Virus record (IMG/VR): IMGVR_UViG_3300032283_000551
Coordinates: 13,042-77,041 of that record
DNA from: a virus
Lineage: Duplodnaviria; Caudoviricetes
Length of the DNA: 64,000 nucleotides
Strand: one strand, 5' to 3'
Part shown: piece after piece, positions 54,113 to 62,342 of the stretch
How the letters are laid out: every line of letters begins with the position of its first letter
How positions within the stretch are numbered: position 1 is the first letter of the stretch
Program-made: the position numbers and the translations under genes
The notes under the pieces: generated by a model
Databases searched by the model: none
Seen by the model: the letters and a program-made list of their open reading frames with translations, nothing else
What the model was told of the DNA's origin: nothing

Positions 54113-54601
54113 ATGGACTTTTGGAAAGTATACAATATCGATACAAGCAACTTTGATCGCTTTTTTGTAGGATCAGATAAGATTGCTAAGACTTTAAAGG
54201 CAAATGCCGATTGGCTAGCCAATAATGTAAGTCAAACATTTCCCCCTTTCAATCTAAAGAAGACAGAAGATAACAAGTATGTTATTGAAATGGCTGTAGC
54301 TGGTTTTGCCAAGCAAGACATTGAGATTACGCTTGAAGATAATAAGCTTGTAATCAAGGGTAATGCCCAAGCTGATTCTGAACCTAAGGATAATTATTTG
54401 CATATGGGAATTGCTGGTCGTGCATTTACACGCCAATTCACTCTTGCTGATAATGTCGTAATTCATAACGCACACCTAATGAACGGTATGCTCAAGGTTT
54501 GGCTTGAAAATATCATTCCAGAGGATAAAAAGCCAAAGAAGATTGAAATTGCGGATACACCTACTCCCGCTTCAGATACTAAAACATTCTTAAAGGAATA
54601 A
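54113..54601 (+). CDS. hsp20: Small heat-shock protein Hsp20
   Basis: FPPFNL...IEMAVAGF...YLHMGIAGRAFTRQFTLAD...A.L.NGML. Confidence 0.95.
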   Translation: MDFWKVYNIDTSNFDRFFVGSDKIAKTLKANADWLANNVSQTFPPFNLKKTEDNKYVIEMAVAGFAKQDIEITLEDNKLVIKGNAQADSEPKDNYLHMGIAGRAFTRQFTLADNVVIHNAHLMNGMLKVWLENIIPEDKKPKKIEIADTPTPASDTKTFLKE

Positions 54602-54604
54602 AAA

Positions 54605-54763
54605 ATGTTAAACACCTATAACTGGTTATGTGGTATTATGAATTTTTGGAGGGAAATGTCTGATCTTCAAAAAATGTCCGATCGTGATTTAAGAGATATC
54701 GGTCTAAATCGTACCGATGTCAATGCTATGGCGTGTGGGATGAAACGAGTTAGAGGTGTGTAA
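54605..54763 (+). CDS. DUF1127 (YjiS-like) small protein
   Basis: LQKMSDRDLRDIGLNRTDV motif; AAGGA RBS; 52 aa. Confidence 0.8.
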   Translation: MLNTYNWLCGIMNFWREMSDLQKMSDRDLRDIGLNRTDVNAMACGMKRVRGV

Positions 54764-54769
54764 TAAATA

Positions 54770-54793
54770 GGGAGGAGAAATCCTCCCTTTTTT
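54770..54793 (+). terminator. Rho-independent terminator
   Basis: GGGAGG-AGAAAT-CCTCCC then T-tract. Confidence 0.85.
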
Positions 54794-54810
54794 TATGGAA
54801 AGTCCACAAA

Positions 54811-55431
54811 ATGAAGCCAGTAACATCAGATCAATTGATAAGATTTTTTAATAGAACTGATAAAAGTATTGTGAATTCATATGTTGAACCTATGAATCGT
54901 ACTTTTAATAGATATATTATTGATACACCCAGACGTATATCCATGTTTTTGGCGCAAGTAAGTCATGAATCTGGTGGACTTACAGCAACTCAAGAAAATT
55001 TAAATTATAGTGCAGATCGACTTCTTGTAGTATTTCCAAAATATTTCAAAGATGTTGATGCTAATTCATATGCCAGAAATCCAGAAAAAATAGCAAATAA
55101 AGTATATGCTAATAGAATGGGTAATGGATCTGAATCCAGTGGTGATGGTTATCGTTACCGTGGCCGTGGGCTTATTCAACTTACCGGTAAAAATAATTAT
55201 GACCGATTTGCTAAAGGTATGATTATGCCTCTTGACAAAGCAGTTCAATATTTAACTACGCCAGAAGGTGCATGTATGTCTGCCGGTTGGTTCTGGGATA
55301 CAAATAATCTTAACCAACTAGCTGATGATGGTGATCTTGTAGGTTGCACCAGAAAAATTAATGGTGGTACAAATGGCTTGGAAGACCGCCAAAGTCAATA
55401 TGCAAAAGCACTAACTATATTTGGTGGTTGA
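54811..55431 (+). CDS. Endolysin, glycoside hydrolase family 19
   Basis: FLAQVSHESGG...ENLNYS...GDGYRYRGRGLIQLTGKNNY...INGG.NGL.DR. Confidence 0.92.
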   Translation: MKPVTSDQLIRFFNRTDKSIVNSYVEPMNRTFNRYIIDTPRRISMFLAQVSHESGGLTATQENLNYSADRLLVVFPKYFKDVDANSYARNPEKIANKVYANRMGNGSESSGDGYRYRGRGLIQLTGKNNYDRFAKGMIMPLDKAVQYLTTPEGACMSAGWFWDTNNLNQLADDGDLVGCTRKINGGTNGLEDRQSQYAKALTIFGG

Positions 55432-55456
55432 CATTCCTTGCTCCCTATGATAATAT
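55428..55456 (+). promoter_or_regulatory. Early/middle promoter for gp43
   Basis: GG-TTGACA-N17-TAATAT. Confidence 0.7.
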
Positions 55457-55480
55457 CAGAGGATATGAAGGAACTTTATA

Positions 55481-57991
55481 ATGGAATTCTATACTAATAT
55501 TTTTACGCGCGGTGATAGGGTTTATTATCGCGGTTATAGAAATAATGCTCGTATTACCGAGATTGTAAATTATAAGCCATATCTCTTTATTTCATCTCGT
55601 AAAGACAATAATACACAATATAAAACACTTGATGGGAAACCGGTTGATCGGATGAATTTTGATTCGATTACCGATGCCCGTGATTTCCTCAAGCAATACA
55701 GTGATGTTTCCAATATGGAAATTTATGGTTTTAACCAATTTGGGTACATGTTCATTTATGATAAATTTCGTGGTGAAATTAACTATGATACATCACTAAT
55801 TAACATTATCTCTCTTGATATTGAGACCGATTCATCGGGTGGATTTCCTGATATTGGTAAAGCCGATAAAGAAGTGACTGCCATCACCATCAGTAGAAAA
55901 GGTGAAAAGGTGGTATTTGGCATGTTTGATTACAAGCCAAAGGAGGATAATATCACTTATATTAAATGCAAAGATGAATGGCATCTACTAAATAATTTCC
56001 TTAGAGTTTGGCAGTCAGGTCGATTCTGTCCTGATGTGGTAACTGGTTGGAATATTGAGTTCTTTGATATTCCATATCTGGTCAATCGAATCAGAGGTGT
56101 TCTTGGTGAGCATGAAGCCAAGAAACTTTCACCATGGGGAATTCTTGATGAACGAACCGTGGAAATGCACGGCAATCAAAACCAAACATTCACACCAGCT
56201 GGAATTAATGTTCTAGATTATTTGAGTCTTTACAAAAAGTTCAAGTTTGAGCAACAGGAATCTTATAAATTGGATTCGATTGCCGAGAAGGAACTTGGTG
56301 AAAAGAAGGTGGATTATCGTGCTGAGGGTTATACCTCACTTAATGATCTTTATGAACGTAACTTCGAATTGTTTATTGATTATAACATCCATGACGTTAC
56401 ACTAATTGATAGACTTGAGGAAAAACTTAAGTTTATTGAACAAGTAGTTGCATTTGCATATGACGCAAAGGTGAACTATAGTGATACAATGACTACTGTT
56501 AAACCATGGGATGTTATTATTCATAACTATCTTATGGATCGTGCTATTGTGATCCCACAATTTAAGAAGGGAAAATTTGATGGCGGTCTTGTTGGCGGTC
56601 ACGTAAAAGATGTAAAGGTTGGGCTGAATGAATGGGTGGTTTCATTCGACCTGAACAGTCTATACCCACATCTGATTATGCAATATAATATCAGTCCTGA
56701 AACCAAGGTTGGTCGTGAACCATATTTCCCTAGCATTGATTCCATTTTGGATCAGTATGCTGTCATTGAAAATGATGGGCATGCATATACTGCCAATGGT
56801 GTAAAGTTCCATAAGAAAAAGCAGGGATTCCTACCTGCTTTGATGGAAAAGATGTACAATGATCGCACCGAATATAAAAAGCGTATGATCGAGGCCAAGA
56901 AACTACTTGAGGATACACCAAAGAATAAAGTCGAGGAAAGGCGCTTAATTGTTAACGATATTGCAAAATATCACAACCTGCAGCTTGCTAAAAAAATTCA
57001 ACTTAACTCAGCTTACGGCGCCCTTGGTAATGAATATTTCCGTTGGTTTGACTTTGATCTTGCCGAGGCTATTACCATGTCAGGTCAGTTGTCAATTCGT
57101 TGGATCGAACGAGACTTCAACGAGTATCTAAATAAACTATTAAAGACAACTAAAATTGATTATGTTATTGCTAGTGATACCGATTCGATCTATGTGAATA
57201 TGAAACCATTGGTTGATATGCTGGGTATTACTGACCGTGATAAAATAGTTGAGGCAGTTCACCAATTCTGTGAAACCAAGATTCAGAATATGATTAACAA
57301 GTCATATCAAAATCTTGCAGATTACATGTATGCTTACCAACAAAAGATGTTCATGAAGCGTGAAACAATTGCTAATAAAGCAATTTGGAAAGCTAAAAAG
57401 ATGTACATCTTGAATGCACTTGATATTGAAGGTGTTCGCTTTAGTGAACCACAATTAAAAATCCAGGGTATTGAGGCGGTTCGGTCATCAACACCTAAAG
57501 CATGTCGGACAAGTATTAAGGAAGCAATTAAGATCATCATGAATAAGGATGAACCATCACTTCATGAATATATTGCAAATTTTAAAACTAACTTTATGAA
57601 TATGCCTTTTGAGGATATCGCATTTCCCCGAGGAATGAAAGGTCTTGATGTTTATAAAGATAACAAGACCATATATTCAAAAGGCACTCCAATCCATGTT
57701 CGTGGTGCTCTTCTTTATAATAACTTTATTAGTAAAAATGGGTTGGGTGATGACTTTAAACTGATTGGTAATGGTGATAAAATTAAATTTGCATATCTTA
57801 AGTTACCAAATCATCTTCATGAAAATGTCATTTCAGTACCTGATGAATTACCCAAGGAATTAGGATTGGATAAGTATATTGACTATGACATTCAGCTACA
57901 GAAAAGTTTTATTGAACCAATCAAATCCATTCTAGAGACAATTGGATGGGAAGTAGAAAAAACAAGTACATTGGAGTCATTCTTTGGCTAA
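55481..57991 (+). CDS. gp43: Family B DNA polymerase gp43
   Basis: LDIETD exo I, GWNIEFFDIPY, SFDLNSLYPH, KIQLNSAYG, ASDTDS; single uninterrupted ORF. Confidence 0.99.
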   Translation: MEFYTNIFTRGDRVYYRGYRNNARITEIVNYKPYLFISSRKDNNTQYKTLDGKPVDRMNFDSITDARDFLKQYSDVSNMEIYGFNQFGYMFIYDKFRGEINYDTSLINIISLDIETDSSGGFPDIGKADKEVTAITISRKGEKVVFGMFDYKPKEDNITYIKCKDEWHLLNNFLRVWQSGRFCPDVVTGWNIEFFDIPYLVNRIRGVLGEHEAKKLSPWGILDERTVEMHGNQNQTFTPAGINVLDYLSLYKKFKFEQQESYKLDSIAEKELGEKKVDYRAEGYTSLNDLYERNFELFIDYNIHDVTLIDRLEEKLKFIEQVVAFAYDAKVNYSDTMTTVKPWDVIIHNYLMDRAIVIPQFKKGKFDGGLVGGHVKDVKVGLNEWVVSFDLNSLYPHLIMQYNISPETKVGREPYFPSIDSILDQYAVIENDGHAYTANGVKFHKKKQGFLPALMEKMYNDRTEYKKRMIEAKKLLEDTPKNKVEERRLIVNDIAKYHNLQLAKKIQLNSAYGALGNEYFRWFDFDLAEAITMSGQLSIRWIERDFNEYLNKLLKTTKIDYVIASDTDSIYVNMKPLVDMLGITDRDKIVEAVHQFCETKIQNMINKSYQNLADYMYAYQQKMFMKRETIANKAIWKAKKMYILNALDIEGVRFSEPQLKIQGIEAVRSSTPKACRTSIKEAIKIIMNKDEPSLHEYIANFKTNFMNMPFEDIAFPRGMKGLDVYKDNKTIYSKGTPIHVRGALLYNNFISKNGLGDDFKLIGNGDKIKFAYLKLPNHLHENVISVPDELPKELGLDKYIDYDIQLQKSFIEPIKSILETIGWEVEKTSTLESFFG

Positions 57992-58289
57992 ATTTGATCA
58001 AGGTGGTGGTTGTCCATGCGGTTTATATCGTGAATGTGAACCAAATTGTGAATATAAGGAAACAAAAATGAAAAATGATGATAATGATTTTGGCTTTACT
58101 TTTACGGACGAGGAAAGTTTTATAAAGTCTGATAATAGTAAATTGCTTGAACTTAGAGCAATGGTTATGCCGCTTCTTAATAATCTTAAGAAGAATCCTG
58201 ATAAGGATATTATCCAATGGCCAGGTAAAGATCGTGTAAAAAAGATAGATGCTTTCATTGAAATAATGGATAAGCTTATTAACCGATAA
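57984..58289 (+). CDS. Hypothetical protein
   Basis: DFGFTF..E...PLLNNL.KNP.KD.I.WP motif seen in T4-like phages; start may be 58068. Confidence 0.6.
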   Translation: MAKFDQGGGCPCGLYRECEPNCEYKETKMKNDDNDFGFTFTDEESFIKSDNSKLLELRAMVMPLLNNLKKNPDKDIIQWPGKDRVKKIDAFIEIMDKLINR

Positions 58290-58306
58290 TTTAAAGAGGT
58301 ATTATA

Positions 58307-59353
58307 ATGTCACTAAAAGACCGACTGATTAAGAATAGTACTATTGATTATACAGCTACTTTGACGGACTCAAAGATCTATGGCAAGAAAGATATGATTC
58401 CGACTCGGGTGCCAATGATTAACGTAGCACTTTCAGGTAGTATTGATGGCGGCTTGACCCCAGGCCTTACAGTGCTTGCCGCTCCATCCAAGCATTTTAA
58501 GACTGCATTTAGTCTTTTGATGGCTGCAGCATTTCTTAAATCAAACCCAGAAGGTATTATTCTATTTTATGATTCCGAGTTTGGTACTCCAGAATCATAT
58601 TTTACTTCGTTTGGTGTTCCACTTGACTCGGTAGTACATACACCCATCACCGATATTGAACAACTTAAGTTTGATGTAATGCAACAGCTCCAAGAACTTA
58701 AGCGTGATGATAAAGTCATGATTGTTATTGACTCTGTTGGTAATCTTGCTTCAAAGAAAGAAGTTGAAGATGCACTAAAGGGCAGTTCGGCTGCAGATAT
58801 GTCAAGAGCAAAGCAGCTCAAGTCATTGTTCCGCATGGTAACTCCTCACCTGACTCTAAAAGATATTCCAATGGTTGTCGTGAACCATGTTTACATGACA
58901 CAGGAAATGTATTCCAAAGCCGTTGTAAGTGGTGGTACCGGAATTTATTATTCTGCGGATAATATTTGGATCATTGGTCGCCAACAAGATAAAGATGATA
59001 AAGAACTACTTGGTTATCATTTTGTTATTAATATTGAAAAGTCACGTTATGTTAAGGAAAAGTCTAAGATCCCTATCACTGTAGGTTTTGATTCAGGTAT
59101 TAATAAGTGGTCTGGTCTATTGGACCTGGCGCTTGAAGGTAAGTATATTGTAAAACCAAAGCAGGGTTGGTATGCTCGAGTGGATCAAGAGACTGGTGAA
59201 ATTTCCGGAAAGAACTATAGAGCAGCAGATATCGTTGACAATGGTGACTTCTGGAAGACCATTCTCAGTGAAACTAATTTTGCAGAATGGATCAAAAATA
59301 AGTATGCATTGAGCAGTGGTGAAATTATGAAGAGAGATGATGACGATGAATAA
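58307..59353 (+). CDS. uvsX: RecA-like recombinase UvsX
   Basis: NVALSG...AAPSKHFKT...FYDSEFG...DSVGNLASKKE...VSGGTG. Confidence 0.97.
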   Translation: MSLKDRLIKNSTIDYTATLTDSKIYGKKDMIPTRVPMINVALSGSIDGGLTPGLTVLAAPSKHFKTAFSLLMAAAFLKSNPEGIILFYDSEFGTPESYFTSFGVPLDSVVHTPITDIEQLKFDVMQQLQELKRDDKVMIVIDSVGNLASKKEVEDALKGSSAADMSRAKQLKSLFRMVTPHLTLKDIPMVVVNHVYMTQEMYSKAVVSGGTGIYYSADNIWIIGRQQDKDDKELLGYHFVINIEKSRYVKEKSKIPITVGFDSGINKWSGLLDLALEGKYIVKPKQGWYARVDQETGEISGKNYRAADIVDNGDFWKTILSETNFAEWIKNKYALSSGEIMKRDDDDE

Positions 59354-59555
59354 AGTAGTATTGACCGAATATCATAGTGATGATAAAACTCTTAAGGCAG
59401 TCATACAAAAGGATAACAGTGGTTATGGTTATTATGTTGACTTATATCTAAATGGTGATATAATCAAGACTTGTGATGTTGTAAATCATTCACTTCAATA
59501 TGCCGAAGATTTGGCTTTAAATTATGTTGAAGGTATATTAAAAGTTAATTCTTAG
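59337..59555 (+). CDS. Hypothetical protein
   Basis: HSLQYAEDLA.NYV motif; between uvsX and gp41. Confidence 0.65.
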   Translation: MMTMNKVVLTEYHSDDKTLKAVIQKDNSGYGYYVDLYLNGDIIKTCDVVNHSLQYAEDLALNYVEGILKVNS

Positions 59556-59563
59556 GAGACTAC

Positions 59564-60967
59564 ATGGACTTCGAAAAGGTAATCTTTGGAAATCTTCTTG
59601 CAAGGGAGGAATATGGCCGAAAGGTCATTCCTTTCCTCAAGACTGATTATTTTCATGATGCTGCAGATCGTACTTTATTTGAACTTATCGAGGCTTATAC
59701 ACTAAAATATAACAGATTTCCCACCAAGGAAACTCTTTCAATTGATCTAAAAAATAAAACTGGACTAAATGGCGGTATATTCGAGTCATGTAATGAAACC
59801 ATCGGTGAACTTACACATGATGACAATACCGAATTGGATTGGCTTGTTGAGCGAACCGAAAAGTTCTGCCAAGAAAAAGCAATCTATAATGCAATTATGC
59901 AATCAATTCAGATCATTGATGATAAAGATACAAAGAACGACAAGGGTTCTATCCCAGCAATTCTAAGTGATGCTCTATCCGTAAACTTTGATACCAATAT
60001 TGGTCACAACTTCCTTGAGGATATTGAATCTCGTTTTGAATTCTATCATCGTAAGGAATTCCGTATTCCGTTTAACTTGGAATACTTCAATGAAATCACA
60101 AAGGGTGGTTTGCCTAGGAAGACTTTGAATATTATTCTGGCTGGTACTGGTGTTGGTAAGTCGCTATTCATGTGCCATTGTGCTGCCGGTAATCTACTTG
60201 ATGGCAAGAATGTTCTTTATATTACAATGGAAATGGCCGAGGAAAAGATTGCCGAACGTATTGATGCCAATCTTCTCGATGTGACAATTGATGACCTTAG
60301 TATTATGCCTAAGGAAGCATTTTTCAAGAAATTGGAGCGTGTTAAAACCAAGACCACTGGTCGACTTATTATTAAAGAATATCCAACATCAGGTGCCGGT
60401 TCTGCTAATTTTAGGCACCTAATTAATGAATTGAAGCTCAAGAAGAACTTCATGCCTGATATTATCTATATTGACTATCTGAATATTTGTGCATCAAGTA
60501 GGGTAAAGTACTCTGCTAATATGAATAGTTATACGTATATCAAGGCCATCGCAGAGGAACTTCGTGGTCTTGCAGTTGAATTTAATCTCCCAATTGTTTC
60601 CGCTACACAGACAACCAGAAGTGGCTATAATAATAGTGATGTTGAATTGAGTGATACCTCGGAATCATTTGCTCTACCTGCTACGGCTGACTTGATGTTT
60701 GCCTTGACTACATCCGAGGAACTTGAGAGTCTGGGTCAAATAATGGTCAAGCAATTGAAAAATCGTTATAATGATCTAGCAAAGAATAAACGGTTTGTCG
60801 TCGGTGTTGACAGAGCAAAGATGAAACTATATGATGTTGACCAATCGGCCCAGGATGGAATTCAAGATGATAAGCCACTAATGGATAAAACTGAATTTGG
60901 TGAACGTGACTCTGATTTCTTTAAAAAGAGATCAAAGTTTGGTAAGAGTTTTGATGGATTTGCATAA
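59564..60967 (+). CDS. gp41: Replicative helicase gp41
   Basis: LAGTGVGKS, YITMEMAE, IDYLNI, SATQTTR, SESFALP.TAD, KQLKNRY. Confidence 0.98.
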   Translation: MDFEKVIFGNLLAREEYGRKVIPFLKTDYFHDAADRTLFELIEAYTLKYNRFPTKETLSIDLKNKTGLNGGIFESCNETIGELTHDDNTELDWLVERTEKFCQEKAIYNAIMQSIQIIDDKDTKNDKGSIPAILSDALSVNFDTNIGHNFLEDIESRFEFYHRKEFRIPFNLEYFNEITKGGLPRKTLNIILAGTGVGKSLFMCHCAAGNLLDGKNVLYITMEMAEEKIAERIDANLLDVTIDDLSIMPKEAFFKKLERVKTKTTGRLIIKEYPTSGAGSANFRHLINELKLKKNFMPDIIYIDYLNICASSRVKYSANMNSYTYIKAIAEELRGLAVEFNLPIVSATQTTRSGYNNSDVELSDTSESFALPATADLMFALTTSEELESLGQIMVKQLKNRYNDLAKNKRFVVGVDRAKMKLYDVDQSAQDGIQDDKPLMDKTEFGERDSDFFKKRSKFGKSFDGFA

Positions 60968-61006
60968 AAATATTTTTTTATTTTTTTCTAAAATCGTGAT
61001 CTTGAG

Positions 61007-61014
61007 TATAAATA
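61007..61014 (+). promoter_or_regulatory. Late promoter driving a non-coding unit
   Basis: TATAAATA with no credible ORF before the next terminator. Confidence 0.8.
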
Positions 61015-61019
61015 ATATC

Positions 61020-61167
61020 ACTGAAGCGGCATTAGTTTGGCTTTTGTCAAGCAAGTGGCACAGTGACTAACAGAGAAGGAATAGCTAGGAATAACGGTGG
61101 GGTTCCGCCTAGCAATGCCGCATTCGCTATTCAAAAGGGTTGAGTCCGAAAGGCTCAACCCTTTTTT
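61020..61167 (+). ncRNA. Candidate late-transcribed structured ncRNA (~150 nt)
   Basis: Bounded by TATAAATA and terminator; GCGGCATT/AATGCCGC, GCTAGG/CCTAGC, TTGGC-TTTT-GTCAA. Confidence 0.65.
61133..61167 (+). terminator. Rho-independent terminator
   Basis: GGGTTGAG-T-CC-GAAA-GG-CTCAACCC then T6. Confidence 0.9.
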
Positions 61168-61169
61168 AT

Positions 61170-61177
61170 TATAAATA
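61170..61177 (+). promoter_or_regulatory. Late promoter
   Basis: TATAAATA upstream of 61215. Confidence 0.8.
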
Positions 61178-61214
61178 GATCAAATATTCATCCATCTCTA
61201 GAGGATTTGATCAT

Positions 61215-62342
61215 ATGGATTCGTTCAAGCATTATATAACCGAAGTTGCTTTACAAGCTTCTGGTCGTGAAGCCGCTAGACATACAGCAAAATATATTAC
61301 TCCATATATTGGCAAAGAAGGTACTCATACTATTGCATCAAAAGCACCAGGTTTAAATATAGGTGATAGTGTAACCATACATTCACATCACGTAGATGAT
61401 CAAGGTACTCATCATATAGTGGTATCAAAACCTGGGTCATCCGAAAAAATTACCATTCCTACTTCAAAAGTCCATAAAGTAGGGACAAAAATGGAAAATG
61501 AAGGTCATAAAGTAGAAACAAAATTCTTTGAAAGAATGAAAAGTAGAGGTTTAACACCCGAAGGTGCAGCTCCAGCTGGATCCACGGGTGGTTCGGATGT
61601 TACAGTAGTTAATAAAAGAAAAAGAACGACACATACCGGTAGAGATGTCAGTAGTAATGCAGAACAATATAACGGTGAAGTAAAAAAAGATACTGGTGCT
61701 GCTTTTGGTCAACTAACAATTGAACATGATCCTGATAAAGGTGGCTGGCATATTCCAGATAGGGCAAAAAAATTAAGACCTGGCTATGCGGATGCAATCG
61801 AAAAAGCAGGTCTCATAGAACATATGAATAAAAATGTGCCAGAACCAAATAAAGCCCCTACGACAGCAAGTGGTAGAGCACAAAATATTACAGCCCCACA
61901 CCCAGACTTAAAACCAGCAGAAGCTTATTTGGGTGATCATCATGTGGATTTTCTACACGTAGGTAGTCACGGTACTTATAGAGTTGGTGAAAATGATACG
62001 ACCGGTCATGGATTACCACGACTTACAGGTAAAGGTCTTTGGACTGCTCGTCAAAAAACATCGGATCCTTATAAAAGAACAATTCAGTTTCAACCTCACG
62101 GTAGTAGAGGATTAAATAAAAGTCATGTAAATCTTGATAATGATACACATCTTGATGAATTTGCAGAAACTTTGGGTCATGGTAAAGTTCCTAATACTAA
62201 AAATGAAACACCATCACCGACAAAAGAACAACCAAAGGTAGAACCAAAAGTTGCAGCAGTAAATTCAATATTACAAAATCGACAAAGAGTACGTAAACCA
62301 ATACTTGGTAAAAATACAATGGTGAAAAAAGGTTTACGATAA
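61215..62342 (+). CDS. Putative internal head protein, His-rich, possible PD-(D/E)xK-like domain
   Basis: MDSFKHYITE capsid-targeting-like N-terminus; GSDVTVV...GEVK; 24 His in 375 aa. Confidence 0.6.
   Translation: MDSFKHYITEVALQASGREAARHTAKYITPYIGKEGTHTIASKAPGLNIGDSVTIHSHHVDDQGTHHIVVSKPGSSEKITIPTSKVHKVGTKMENEGHKVETKFFERMKSRGLTPEGAAPAGSTGGSDVTVVNKRKRTTHTGRDVSSNAEQYNGEVKKDTGAAFGQLTIEHDPDKGGWHIPDRAKKLRPGYADAIEKAGLIEHMNKNVPEPNKAPTTASGRAQNITAPHPDLKPAEAYLGDHHVDFLHVGSHGTYRVGENDTTGHGLPRLTGKGLWTARQKTSDPYKRTIQFQPHGSRGLNKSHVNLDNDTHLDEFAETLGHGKVPNTKNETPSPTKEQPKVEPKVAAVNSILQNRQRVRKPILGKNTMVKKGLR

Noticed and set aside
55481-60967. Inteins or group I introns in gp43, uvsX and gp41 (also checked gp17 and gp46)
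   Set aside because: All are continuous ORFs of normal length with no extra insertions
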